DNA of 60,593 nt from a virus (taxonomy: Duplodnaviria; Caudoviricetes), in IMG/VR virus record IMGVR_UViG_3300006920_000048, positions 1 through 60,593 of that record; one strand, given 5' to 3'. Made by a program: the position numbers and the translations under genes. Below the pieces are notes generated by a model. That model did not search any database. It saw only the letters and a list, made by a program, of their open reading frames with translations, and was not told the origin of the DNA. This document shows positions 34,954-44,430 of the stretch, piece after piece (position 1 is the first letter of the stretch; each line of letters begins with the position of its first letter).

Positions 34954-37188
34954 ATGGCAACTCCTGAAATCACAGATGTTGAATTGGATGTAGATGGCAA
35001 GGCGATCCCTGTATTTAACAAGGAAGCACTGGCCTCTGTAGGTATGGAGCTTGAGAAGAAATACAAGGCTTTTGAAGCCGATAGAGTACCTGCTGAACAG
35101 CAATGGATGCAGAATGCCAGACAGCGATTAGGTATTTACGACGCGGATCTTTTGAAAGAGATTGGCCCCAACAGATCGAAAGCATACCCTAAGGTAACTA
35201 GGGCCAAATGTGTGTCCATGCTGTCAAAACTCATGAATCTGCTGTTTCCAGTGGGTGACGAGAATTGGACAGTTGAACCGTCAGAAATCCCAAATCTAGA
35301 CAAAGAGGATTTGGATCTTGTTTTGCAGAAGCTCATGGATGGAAAAGATCCTAACGCCGATCTGACAGATGAAGAGATTGAACAGGCCATACGTGAGTTT
35401 GCTGCGATTCGTGGCAAGAACCTCGCTAACCTGATAACTGACCAGCTCAGCGAGCTTGGTGGTGATCGTACGCTTAATTACACACGGTTATGTAGAGCGG
35501 TACTTAAGAGCGGGATTGAGTATGGAATCGGCGTGCTGTCCGGCCCATTCGTTGACGAGAAGGAAGTCAGGACGTGGACAACCGATCTGGACGGCAAACC
35601 TGTTGCTGTGACCAAGACTGTGAGTAGACCATTGTTTGAATATGTGCCGATTTGGGACTATTACCCAGACTTAAGTGCGCGATATTTCATCCAAATGTCA
35701 GGTCAGTTCCACCGAAAAGTGATGTCAAAGCATCAATTTATAGCACTAAAACAGCGCGATGACTTTATAGTTGACCAGATAAATAACGTTCTGGAGCTGC
35801 TTCCGAACGGAAATTATCAGAAAAAATCATTTGAAATAGAGCTTACCAGCCATGGTGTGCAGTCAAACACAGCACCGTCAACAGATAACAAAGGCAAGTA
35901 CGAGGTCATGGTATGGCTTGGATTCTGGTCTGGTAGAAAGCTTAAAGAGCTAGGCATCACCATCCCCGAAGATCGGTTGAATGATGATGTTAGGGCGCAT
36001 ATCTGGTTCGTCAAGAACACAGTTATCAAAGCTGTTCTTGACCCATGGAGTGACTTGCTTGGGCCGGATGAAACGGTTGAAATGTTCCACCAGTTCATAT
36101 TTGAGGAAGATGAGACCTCAATTATCGGTCAAGGGCTACCTCAGATCGTTCGTGATAGTCAGCTGGGGATTTGTGCAGGTACTCGCATGGTGTTGGACAA
36201 CAGCTCGATACAGCGCAATTTCGAGCTTAACACATCCATGCTTATGCCAGACCAAGACATGACAACCACGTCGAACGATAAGATATGGTACAGAGATGAT
36301 GATGGCCCGACAGCAAATACACCTGCTTTTAAGGTCATTGACATCCCATCACGACTTACGGAGATGCAGGCTATCATCGCGTTATTCCAAAGCTTTGCTG
36401 ACCAGGAGACGTTCGTTAATGCGGCTACAGGCGGTGATATGCAGAAAGGGCCGAGTGAACCATTCAGGACAGCGGCAGGCGCATCCATGCTTCGTGGAGA
36501 GGCAGCACTCCCATACAAGGACGTGGTGCGCAATTTCGACGTGTTTACAGAGTCTGTCATACGCTCTTTAATTCAGTTCAACAAGGTGTTTAATGAGCCT
36601 GACAACCAGTCGATTCGTGGGGATTTTCAAGCTATCGCTCGTGGCGCCACAAGTCTCATTGCTAAAGAAGTTCTGGGCATACAGCTTGATAACTTAGCGT
36701 CTACACTTACTGATGAAGAAAAGAAATATGTAGATTTTAGAAAGTTGGCCATTCTGCGCGTCAAAGTGCGCGATCTTGAATCCAGCGATGTGATCGTGGA
36801 TGAGATAGAGGCTAGGCGTATTGATGAAGCTGAGGCTCAGGCCAACGCAGAGGCCAGACAGCTTCAGACACAACAACTCTCGGCTACGTTGAGAGAAACT
36901 CTTGCCAAGACATTGAAAGACATGTCCTTGGCCAATAAAAACCAAGCGGCTGCAGAGGCGCAAACTGCCGGCGTTATTTTAGATTCACTTGAGGAGGGAT
37001 TGAATGCTACCGAGCAGATTAGTGATGGAGAAGGAACTGCTGGAGAAAGTCCGGCTAAACAACTCGAACTTGGCACTTCGGGACTTGGTGAAGCTGCTGA
37101 AGCTGCGACGGAGCAAATCGCAGGAGGCGTTGGTGCGGTGCCAGCCAGATCAGTTCCTGCAGGAGCAGGCCAAGGCGCGGGTATATGA
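34954..37188 (+). CDS. Portal protein
   Basis: 744 aa after TerL; TRAKC, WDYYPD, GQGLPQIVRDSQ and RTAAGASML portal-type motifs. Confidence 0.85.
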   Translation: MATPEITDVELDVDGKAIPVFNKEALASVGMELEKKYKAFEADRVPAEQQWMQNARQRLGIYDADLLKEIGPNRSKAYPKVTRAKCVSMLSKLMNLLFPVGDENWTVEPSEIPNLDKEDLDLVLQKLMDGKDPNADLTDEEIEQAIREFAAIRGKNLANLITDQLSELGGDRTLNYTRLCRAVLKSGIEYGIGVLSGPFVDEKEVRTWTTDLDGKPVAVTKTVSRPLFEYVPIWDYYPDLSARYFIQMSGQFHRKVMSKHQFIALKQRDDFIVDQINNVLELLPNGNYQKKSFEIELTSHGVQSNTAPSTDNKGKYEVMVWLGFWSGRKLKELGITIPEDRLNDDVRAHIWFVKNTVIKAVLDPWSDLLGPDETVEMFHQFIFEEDETSIIGQGLPQIVRDSQLGICAGTRMVLDNSSIQRNFELNTSMLMPDQDMTTTSNDKIWYRDDDGPTANTPAFKVIDIPSRLTEMQAIIALFQSFADQETFVNAATGGDMQKGPSEPFRTAAGASMLRGEAALPYKDVVRNFDVFTESVIRSLIQFNKVFNEPDNQSIRGDFQAIARGATSLIAKEVLGIQLDNLASTLTDEEKKYVDFRKLAILRVKVRDLESSDVIVDEIEARRIDEAEAQANAEARQLQTQQLSATLRETLAKTLKDMSLANKNQAAAEAQTAGVILDSLEEGLNATEQISDGEGTAGESPAKQLELGTSGLGEAAEAATEQIAGGVGAVPARSVPAGAGQGAGI

Positions 37189-37240
37189 TAAACTAATCAC
37201 TGAAATAGAAAACACCAACCCCATAACAACAGGAGAATAA
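37004..37240 (+). CDS. Small helical protein overlapping portal 3' end
   Basis: GAGGAGG RBS at 36991; typical small gene between portal and scaffold. Confidence 0.65.
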   Translation: MLPSRLVMEKELLEKVRLNNSNLALRDLVKLLKLRRSKSQEALVRCQPDQFLQEQAKARVYDKLITEIENTNPITTGE

Positions 37241-37244
37241 TTTT

Positions 37245-38237
37245 ATGACTATCGAAGATTTAGCATCAGCCACAGCGGAAGCAGGTGCGGCGACAGAAGA
37301 TGAAGTGGTGTTGACTGAAGAGGAGGCGTTTTCCGCTGCCTTTGACGAAGCAACCACAGTTCTTAGTGACGACACTGATGCAGAAGATACAGATGATGGC
37401 GCCACAGGTGCTGAAGGAGCCACCACAGATGCTACTGACGATAGTGGCTCTGGGGATGCTGATGGTGACGTTGATGATGGCGCAGCAGCGCCAACCAAAG
37501 ACGAGGTTGTATCGGCTGAGACGAATACAGCCTCCGCAAGAGAATTAGCTCTCCAGGCCCAGATTGATGAGTTGAAAGCAGCCGCCACTGCAGCGGTTAC
37601 TCCAGACACAAAACCCGTTGTGGAGCCTGAACCTGCGGCTGAGACTCCACAACCAACCCTGACAGAAGCGGAGGTAGCCAAGGTTACTGCGTACCGTGAG
37701 GAGTGGGGCGATGTAGCAGAAGCCGAGGCTCTTATTCGCAAGGAAGAGAATCAGGCGATTGTTGGGTATATCTTCAATCAAGTGAGGGATGTCCTGGCAC
37801 CACTTCTTGCCGCGCACGAGACTAGAAATGGCCGTGATCAGTATACAGAGTTAGTGGCTTTAGTTCCTGATTACGATACAGTTCGGGATAAAGCGGTAGA
37901 CTGGGTAGATAAGATGCCAGACGGTGTGAATAAGAAAATTTACACAGAGGTGACTAAGACAGGTACTCCTGATGAAGTCGCTGAAATGATAAACGCTTAC
38001 AAGAAGGCCACCGGGTATGAAACTAGCGCGGCGAGTACAGCGGGAGCGAAGCCTGAGGGATCGGGAGCAGAGGCAGAAGTTCAGAAAACAACAGGAACGG
38101 GAGCAGCAGCGAAACCGTCAGGAAAAGCGGCATCGGCGCTCAAAGTCGTAAAAACCGTCCGTTCTAAAACCAACACAGGAGGAGTTGATGTAAACGATTT
38201 CGACACAGCATTTGACGAATTCGCCCAAAAGAAGTAG
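37245..38237 (+). CDS. Capsid scaffolding protein
   Basis: Acidic, low complexity, helical; ends DFDTAFDEFA; precedes capsid gene. Confidence 0.75.
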   Translation: MTIEDLASATAEAGAATEDEVVLTEEEAFSAAFDEATTVLSDDTDAEDTDDGATGAEGATTDATDDSGSGDADGDVDDGAAAPTKDEVVSAETNTASARELALQAQIDELKAAATAAVTPDTKPVVEPEPAAETPQPTLTEAEVAKVTAYREEWGDVAEAEALIRKEENQAIVGYIFNQVRDVLAPLLAAHETRNGRDQYTELVALVPDYDTVRDKAVDWVDKMPDGVNKKIYTEVTKTGTPDEVAEMINAYKKATGYETSAASTAGAKPEGSGAEAEVQKTTGTGAAAKPSGKAASALKVVKTVRSKTNTGGVDVNDFDTAFDEFAQKK

Positions 38238-38311
38238 GATTACATCTTAAATACACCAAAACAAGCTGGTGTGGGTGAAAATTAACCAAAAATTATCTGG
38301 AGATAATAGAC

Positions 38312-39340
38312 ATGACAGTTACGGCATACGGAGATATTAGCCCACGTACAGCTGCTTACGCAGTTACTGAACTATTGAAGCGAGGATTGCCTTACCTCAT
38401 TATCGAGAAGTTCGGCCAGACATACGTGATCCCATCAAACAGCACCAAGACCGCCAAATGGCGCCGTTATTTCTTGACTGGTGCGACTGGTTCAGCTGGT
38501 TCAGGCACGGGTGATTTCTTCACTCCACTGTCTACCACTCCACTGACTGAGGGTGTAACACCTACAGGTCGCAAATTGGCAAATCAGGACTATACTGTGA
38601 CGCTTCAACAGTACGGTGACTACGTTACTATTACTGATGTGGTCATGGATACCCATGAAGATCCAGTGTTGCAACAAGCCACTGAAGTCTTGGGTGAGTC
38701 AGCTGCGCAGACCATTGAGACCTTGCGTTTCAACGTTCTTAAAGCAGGCACCAACGTATTCTATGCCACAGGTTCAGCCCGTGCATCGGTTGTCGACAAA
38801 CCCACTCTAGCCATGCAGCGTCAGGTAACTACTGCGTTGAATCGTCAGAATGGTCGTAAGTTGACCCAGGTTGTAAGCTCAACACCAAACTTCAATAAAG
38901 AGTCCATCGAGGCTTCTTACATTGGTCTAGTTCACCCTGATCACGAGTCCGATATTCGTGGCATGACTGGATTTATCAATACCAAGGATTACGGTACTGT
39001 TACTCCTTTCGAGAGTGAAATCGGTAACGTGGAGCAGGTTCGCTATTTGAACTCAACCGTGTTTGCACCATTCCCTGATGCTGGTGGAGCCAAAGGTGTG
39101 ATGCGCTCAACCTCTGGTACACTTGCTGATGTATACCCGATCATCTATCTGGCCCGTGATGCCTTTGGTATCGTGCCTTTGAAGGGTAAGGAGTCCATCA
39201 AGCCAATGGTTGTTAATCCTAAGCCAGCGCCTGGCGATCCTTTAGCTCAGCGCGGTACTGTTGGTTGGAAAGCCTGGAACGCCACTGTCATCCTTATGGA
39301 TGCTTGGATGGCTCGTCTTGAGGCTGCAGCAACTGCTTAA
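38312..39340 (+). CDS. Major capsid protein, N4-gp56 family
   Basis: YGDISPRTA, LTEGVTP, QYGD, EIGNVEQVR, DPLAQRGTVGWK. Confidence 0.92.
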   Translation: MTVTAYGDISPRTAAYAVTELLKRGLPYLIIEKFGQTYVIPSNSTKTAKWRRYFLTGATGSAGSGTGDFFTPLSTTPLTEGVTPTGRKLANQDYTVTLQQYGDYVTITDVVMDTHEDPVLQQATEVLGESAAQTIETLRFNVLKAGTNVFYATGSARASVVDKPTLAMQRQVTTALNRQNGRKLTQVVSSTPNFNKESIEASYIGLVHPDHESDIRGMTGFINTKDYGTVTPFESEIGNVEQVRYLNSTVFAPFPDAGGAKGVMRSTSGTLADVYPIIYLARDAFGIVPLKGKESIKPMVVNPKPAPGDPLAQRGTVGWKAWNATVILMDAWMARLEAAATA

Positions 39341-39351
39341 TCACTAAACTG

Positions 39352-39382
39352 TGAGAAGCTCCTTTGGGAGCTTCTCAGTTTT
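39352..39382 (+). terminator. Intrinsic terminator after capsid gene
   Basis: tgagaagctcc-tttg-ggagcttctca then gtttt. Confidence 0.75.
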
Positions 39383-39405
39383 AATCAAATTTTAGGAGTA
39401 TTTAA

Positions 39406-39738
39406 ATGCCTATTGCTACTCAAGCAACAACCAACTCAGATGGTGTAATTCACCGTGTTCAGGAACTAATCACCACAAGCGCCGCTACAGCCACTGCCAT
39501 TACACTTACTTATGGCTTTGTGCCAAAGCGAGTTTTGATCCACAATGTCACTGATCGTATCTCAGATGAGTGGTTTGAGGGAATGGCAGCCGCATCATCG
39601 CTTCATGATGTTGCTGTTGGCACTCGCACTTTAGAGACTACAAATGGAGTTACTGTCAACACTACTTTGCGAACCGTGACACTCACTGCTGTAACCATGG
39701 CAGCCAGTAAAACGTTCGCTGTTCTTGTAGAAGGCTAA
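39406..39738 (+). CDS. Putative capsid decoration/minor virion protein
   Basis: Thr-rich beta protein after MCP; GFVPKRV...EWFEGMA. Confidence 0.6.
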   Translation: MPIATQATTNSDGVIHRVQELITTSAATATAITLTYGFVPKRVLIHNVTDRISDEWFEGMAAASSLHDVAVGTRTLETTNGVTVNTTLRTVTLTAVTMAASKTFAVLVEG

Positions 39739-39745
39739 GGCTGAT

Positions 39746-40009
39746 ATGAGCGAAAGACTACTCACGATAAAGACTGCAGAAAACGGGTTCGTGGTTGAGG
39801 TGATGGATAAGAAGATCCAAGCTCAGAACGAAAAATCGAAATCGTCATATGAAGACCCTGAGCGTGAGTTTGTCTTGTCAACACCAGAAGAAGTAACCGA
39901 CTTTGTAAAGAAGGTCATGGCTGGTGTTGAATTGCCAAAGTCCGACGCAGAAGCGTTTGATGAGGCTTTTAAAGAAGCATCCAACCCCAAAGGAGCCAAG
40001 AAATTATGA
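39746..40009 (+). CDS. Hypothetical protein
   Basis: IKTAENGFVVEV motif; in operon. Confidence 0.7.
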   Translation: MSERLLTIKTAENGFVVEVMDKKIQAQNEKSKSSYEDPEREFVLSTPEEVTDFVKKVMAGVELPKSDAEAFDEAFKEASNPKGAKKL

Positions 40010-40371
40010 GTGCAGACGACGCAGCATTTTTTGAAGATGATGATGATGGCGATGATTTAGGAACTCTAAACACACCGCCACAAACAAAACCAGCGGCCAA
40101 GCGCAACAAGGCGCAGAGGTCAGCTCCAGTAGTCAAGCCAGAGATGGTCAAGATACAGCTTGAGGAAGTAGACAACATGTCGCCAACAGGTCAATTCTTT
40201 GGTCTCAATGGAGTGGGATATAACTTACGTCCAGGTGAGCCAGCGATTGTACCAGTAGGCATCTTAAGTATTTTGAACGATGCGGTTATGTCAATTCCTG
40301 TCGTAGATGGGAATCAGACAGTTACAGGATATCGTGATCGTCTGCGTTTCCCATATAGGATCTTAGGCTAA
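40006..40371 (+). CDS. Conserved virion-module protein
   Basis: FFGLNGVGY.LRPGE...VP..I..IL.DAV...RFPY. Confidence 0.7.
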   Translation: MSADDAAFFEDDDDGDDLGTLNTPPQTKPAAKRNKAQRSAPVVKPEMVKIQLEEVDNMSPTGQFFGLNGVGYNLRPGEPAIVPVGILSILNDAVMSIPVVDGNQTVTGYRDRLRFPYRILG

Positions 40372-41133
40372 ATGAATCTCGGTGAACAGCTTGATGAATT
40401 ACGACGTAACCTATTAAGAGACATAAGTGACTTGGCTCCTGGCGGTGTCGATGATCGACTGTTCACTGACGCTTCACTGCTGTCATACATAAAGGACGCT
40501 GAACACAAGTTTGCAAGACGTACCTTTTGCATCATGGACGGCAACAACCCTAAAGCAACACAGATTAAACTGGTGACAGGACAGACTCTGTACCAGATGC
40601 ACAAGTCCGTGTTCGCGCTGATGTCGGCTCGATACACCGGCAAAACAACAGATTTAGTACGTGCAGGGCGATCCATAGTTGGGTTGCATGTTCCTGCGGA
40701 ATTTCTCACGTTCGACCCATCATCCAATGTAACACTGCCAAACGGCGAGCCTCAAGTGGTATACACCGATGAGTCAATGATGTTTGGAAATAACAATGGC
40801 ATGACGCTATCTGTATTTCCAGCACCATCAGCAACTGAGAATAACACGATTATAAACATACGAGTGTTTAGGAAGCCCATGTGTAGCTACACTATGGATG
40901 ACCTCGACAGAGAGTCAGAACTCCCAGAAGACTATCACCTTGATGTTCTTACATGGGCAGCGGTGAGAGCGTTTAATAACTTTGACGCTGACAAAGGTTC
41001 AGCAGCCAAAATCAAGCAGATGAATGATTTGTGGAATCTGGCAATTAAAGAAGGTATCAAAGACTCCAAGCGCCGCATGTTCAGTCCTGTGAAGATGCAG
41101 TACGGAACTACCGGAACTGTCTGGGCTAGATAA
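40372..41133 (+). CDS. Head-tail adaptor (tail tubular A-like)
   Basis: MNLGEQLDELR...ELPEDYHLDVLTWA pattern; position. Confidence 0.65.
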   Translation: MNLGEQLDELRRNLLRDISDLAPGGVDDRLFTDASLLSYIKDAEHKFARRTFCIMDGNNPKATQIKLVTGQTLYQMHKSVFALMSARYTGKTTDLVRAGRSIVGLHVPAEFLTFDPSSNVTLPNGEPQVVYTDESMMFGNNNGMTLSVFPAPSATENNTIINIRVFRKPMCSYTMDDLDRESELPEDYHLDVLTWAAVRAFNNFDADKGSAAKIKQMNDLWNLAIKEGIKDSKRRMFSPVKMQYGTTGTVWAR

Positions 41134-42353
41134 TGTCAGAGCTTACCATAAAGGGCTTTGCTGGTATAAAAAACACGGTTCCGGTAGAGCGTATCCGAGC
41201 AGGGTGGGCGCGTCCAGATGTTCCTGATGTAGACCACGGCCCAGCTGATTTGGCTGAAGCGGTTAATGTTGATATAGATGATGGCAATGGGCTGTCTTTG
41301 AGATTTGGTACAGAGTTGCAGATTGCAGGCGCGGCCACGTCTTTGTGGTCAAGCGATGACATCGCACTTATGGTTCAATCAGGATCGCTAAAAAGAATTT
41401 TTGCTGACATGACAACCACTACCTTGACGACAGGTATTGGAGCTGATGTCAGCTATGTGAGGGTTGACAGGCGGGTGTACCTCAGTGATGGGGTTAGTGT
41501 AGGGGTGATAGATGGTGGTCAGTACAGGACGTGGGGGCTTGCGCTGCCACCATCATTGCTTAACCTTACGAGAGTACAAGGAAACCTGCCAGCAGGACGG
41601 TATCTGGTCAACATAACATATTTAAGAGATGATGGGCAAGAGTCTGGTACAGGACTATCTACAGCAATTGATGTGGTTGACAATTCAGGCATACAAGTTG
41701 TTTGGGATGCTCCGACAGATACCAGCATTTCTGAGGTGGCTATGTATGTCACCACCCAAAACGGAAACACACTTTACAGAGCTGTAACCTCTCCGGTTGG
41801 CGACGGTACGGCTACGTTCACTGGTGGAGTGCTCGCGGTTCCATTGAGCACTCAATGGCTAGAACAACCACCTGCAGGGCAGCTCTTGGCTGAGTACAAA
41901 GGCATAATCTACGTGGCTGATGGTGAGTACATACACGCATCAACTGCGCTTGGCTACGAATTGTTTGACGCTCGTGACTTCCAGCCGATTGACGGGACAA
42001 AAATAACCGTACTTGAGAGGAACGATTCTGGATTAATTGTCGGAACTGAGAAAAGTCTGGTGTTCTTGAAAGGCAACTCGTTTGCAGATTTTGAGTACAG
42101 CACAACACTGTCTGCAGGGGCATTGGCTGGATCTAGTATTGTGAGAGATGGGTTCTCTGTGTTCGGGCTTTCTGAACTAGCTGGAGCCGAAGTGGTTCTT
42201 GTTACTACGGAAGAGGGTGTTGTGGCAGTACTAGCTGATGGTGGCTACAGAAATCTAACACGAGACCGCTATGAGTTTGATATTGGTACGAAAAGTGCTG
42301 CAGTTTTTCGAGATGAGAGTACAATCCATCAATACATTTTATTTCAACAATAA
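41133..42353 (+). CDS. Tail nozzle/stabilisation-like protein
   Basis: FAGIKN...AVNVDI...LSLRFG start; beta-rich; position. Confidence 0.55.
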   Translation: MSELTIKGFAGIKNTVPVERIRAGWARPDVPDVDHGPADLAEAVNVDIDDGNGLSLRFGTELQIAGAATSLWSSDDIALMVQSGSLKRIFADMTTTTLTTGIGADVSYVRVDRRVYLSDGVSVGVIDGGQYRTWGLALPPSLLNLTRVQGNLPAGRYLVNITYLRDDGQESGTGLSTAIDVVDNSGIQVVWDAPTDTSISEVAMYVTTQNGNTLYRAVTSPVGDGTATFTGGVLAVPLSTQWLEQPPAGQLLAEYKGIIYVADGEYIHASTALGYELFDARDFQPIDGTKITVLERNDSGLIVGTEKSLVFLKGNSFADFEYSTTLSAGALAGSSIVRDGFSVFGLSELAGAEVVLVTTEEGVVAVLADGGYRNLTRDRYEFDIGTKSAAVFRDESTIHQYILFQQ

Positions 42354-42368
42354 CCGTAGGAGTTAGAC

Positions 42369-43154
42369 ATGACTGCACGATTTAGCACTGGGTTACGTAA
42401 CTACGTAGCCGACAAAGGTAGTTACAGAGACGCACTTGCTGGTGGTATGCTTGAGATTTACACAGGCTCGCAACCTACAACCGCAGATGCAGCTCCGACT
42501 GGAACGCTTTTGACAACAATCACTGACGCAAGCGGCGCTCACACAAACGAGATATTGGCCCAAGGCACTGTAACGCTGACAGGTGGTGGATCTGGCTCCT
42601 TAAACACAATCACGGTTGACGGCATTGACATTCTTGGCGGCGCTGTAGCTTTCGACACGTCTCTGGCTGTAACAGCCGCAGCTGCCGCAGTGGCGATCAA
42701 TGCCAATCAATCTGAGCCGAGATACACCGCTGCCGTACTCTCTGGTGCCATAATCACCATTACCGCAGCTCGTGGTACAGGTACTGAGGCAAACGGTCTA
42801 GTTGTGGCTTCAACAGGCACAACCATCACAACTACTAATGTGAACATGGGAACAACGACAGCAGGTGTTGATTCTGTTAACGGTTTGCGTTTCGGTGTTG
42901 CATCTGGGGGCATTCTTAACAAATTGTCATCTCAAACATGGTCAGGTGTTACTGGAGTTACTGGTACTGCTGGGTGGTTCAGATTCACGGGATCAGTGGC
43001 TGATTCAGGGCTTCTTGATTCAGCTGGAACTGAGATCAGGCTTGATGGTGCTGTGTCAACATCAGGTCAGCAACTCAACATGAGCAGCACGTCCTTTGTG
43101 GCTACAGCTACAGAAACTATTTCAGCGATGCCTATAACCTTACCAGCAGCTTAA
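42369..43154 (+). CDS. Virion structural protein
   Basis: STGLRN...IYTGSQP.TADAA.TG...GTAGWFR...RLDGAV. Confidence 0.7.
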   Translation: MTARFSTGLRNYVADKGSYRDALAGGMLEIYTGSQPTTADAAPTGTLLTTITDASGAHTNEILAQGTVTLTGGGSGSLNTITVDGIDILGGAVAFDTSLAVTAAAAAVAINANQSEPRYTAAVLSGAIITITAARGTGTEANGLVVASTGTTITTTNVNMGTTTAGVDSVNGLRFGVASGGILNKLSSQTWSGVTGVTGTAGWFRFTGSVADSGLLDSAGTEIRLDGAVSTSGQQLNMSSTSFVATATETISAMPITLPAA

Positions 43155-43167
43155 TTTGAGGTAACTC

Positions 43168-44430
43168 ATGGGTACAGGAGTTGGTAGTGTAACAGTACCC
43201 GTTATCACGTTAAGTGCTGCGGGTACAACGACATCAGGGGTAGGTATTGTAACTGCCCCTAGTGTTGGTGTGTCAGGCACAGGCAAAGTGTGGAGACGCG
43301 GTGCTGTCAGTGTCGCAGCCCCAACACTGTCAGGATCAGGTGCGCGAGGTCGGGTAGGTGTAGGTGACATCTCAGCGCCGAGACCTGTTGTTTTAGCCGC
43401 TGGAGGAAACAGAGTAACTGTACCAGCTCCTACGCTTGTAGGTACTGGCGTCTCCGGTACTGTGAGCATAGGGGATGTTCAAGCACCAAGTGCTGAAGTG
43501 TACGGTAGCGCGATCTCAGGAAACTCAGGTACTGGTGACGTTCGCATCAGCGTTCCAAATATAGTAGGATCTTTTGGGTCATACTCAGACATAACAACAC
43601 CTGTCCCAACAGTGGCCGGGGTGGGTATGTCTGGCAAAACTGGTGTTGGTTCTGTATATGTGCCAGGGCCAGAGATTTCAGTAACCCTTACATCAAGGGC
43701 TTCAGGTCTTAGTGTAGGTGATGTGGCTGTACGACCACCCGCCGTATACGGGTCAGGCAGCCAGACAAAGCTCATCGCAGGCAATGTTAGTGTTGGTGCG
43801 CCGGCAGTTCAGGGTGCTGGTGTAAGTGGAAATGTAGGCTCAGCTAACATACAAGTCCCTCTGGTTGTTGTAGATGCTGCAGGTAATGTATCTACAGTAG
43901 GCACTGCGAGAGTGACAATACCAGCACCTCAAGTTGAGGGTAATGGTGTAACAGGAGTTCTAGCTCCGGTAGTTACTGGTATCTCAGTCAACACCAGAAC
44001 TGCTGCTAGTTCAGAAAACACAGGTCTGACGATCAATAGCATGACTGAGTATGCTGGGGTTATATTGGCAGCTACATCGACTGGTGTTGTCGCACTGACT
44101 TCTGGTGTAACCGATGACGGGACGTTAATTCAAGCGTCGGTGTCAGGTGGTGTGTCTGACTTCAACAGCACAGGTTTGAAGAAGGTTATAGCTGGGTATG
44201 TGTCATGTAGATCGTCAGGTGAACTTAGATTGTCACTCATAACAGACGAGAAGACAGAGAGAGTGTATCGACTTCTACCTAGGCAGACAGGCATACACGC
44301 AACGAAAGTTAGATTTGGTCTTGGTGTTTCTGGCAGGCATTGGCAGTGGAAATTGTCTAACATGGGCAACTCATTCGATGTGAATGAAATGACAATTGAA
44401 GTTGAGACTTTAGAGCGACGGATTTTCTAA
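43168..44430 (+). CDS. Gly/Val/Ser-rich repeat virion protein
   Basis: Periodic V.AP.V.G.G repeats; C-terminal G.G...RHWQW domain. Confidence 0.7.
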   Translation: MGTGVGSVTVPVITLSAAGTTTSGVGIVTAPSVGVSGTGKVWRRGAVSVAAPTLSGSGARGRVGVGDISAPRPVVLAAGGNRVTVPAPTLVGTGVSGTVSIGDVQAPSAEVYGSAISGNSGTGDVRISVPNIVGSFGSYSDITTPVPTVAGVGMSGKTGVGSVYVPGPEISVTLTSRASGLSVGDVAVRPPAVYGSGSQTKLIAGNVSVGAPAVQGAGVSGNVGSANIQVPLVVVDAAGNVSTVGTARVTIPAPQVEGNGVTGVLAPVVTGISVNTRTAASSENTGLTINSMTEYAGVILAATSTGVVALTSGVTDDGTLIQASVSGGVSDFNSTGLKKVIAGYVSCRSSGELRLSLITDEKTERVYRLLPRQTGIHATKVRFGLGVSGRHWQWKLSNMGNSFDVNEMTIEVETLERRIF

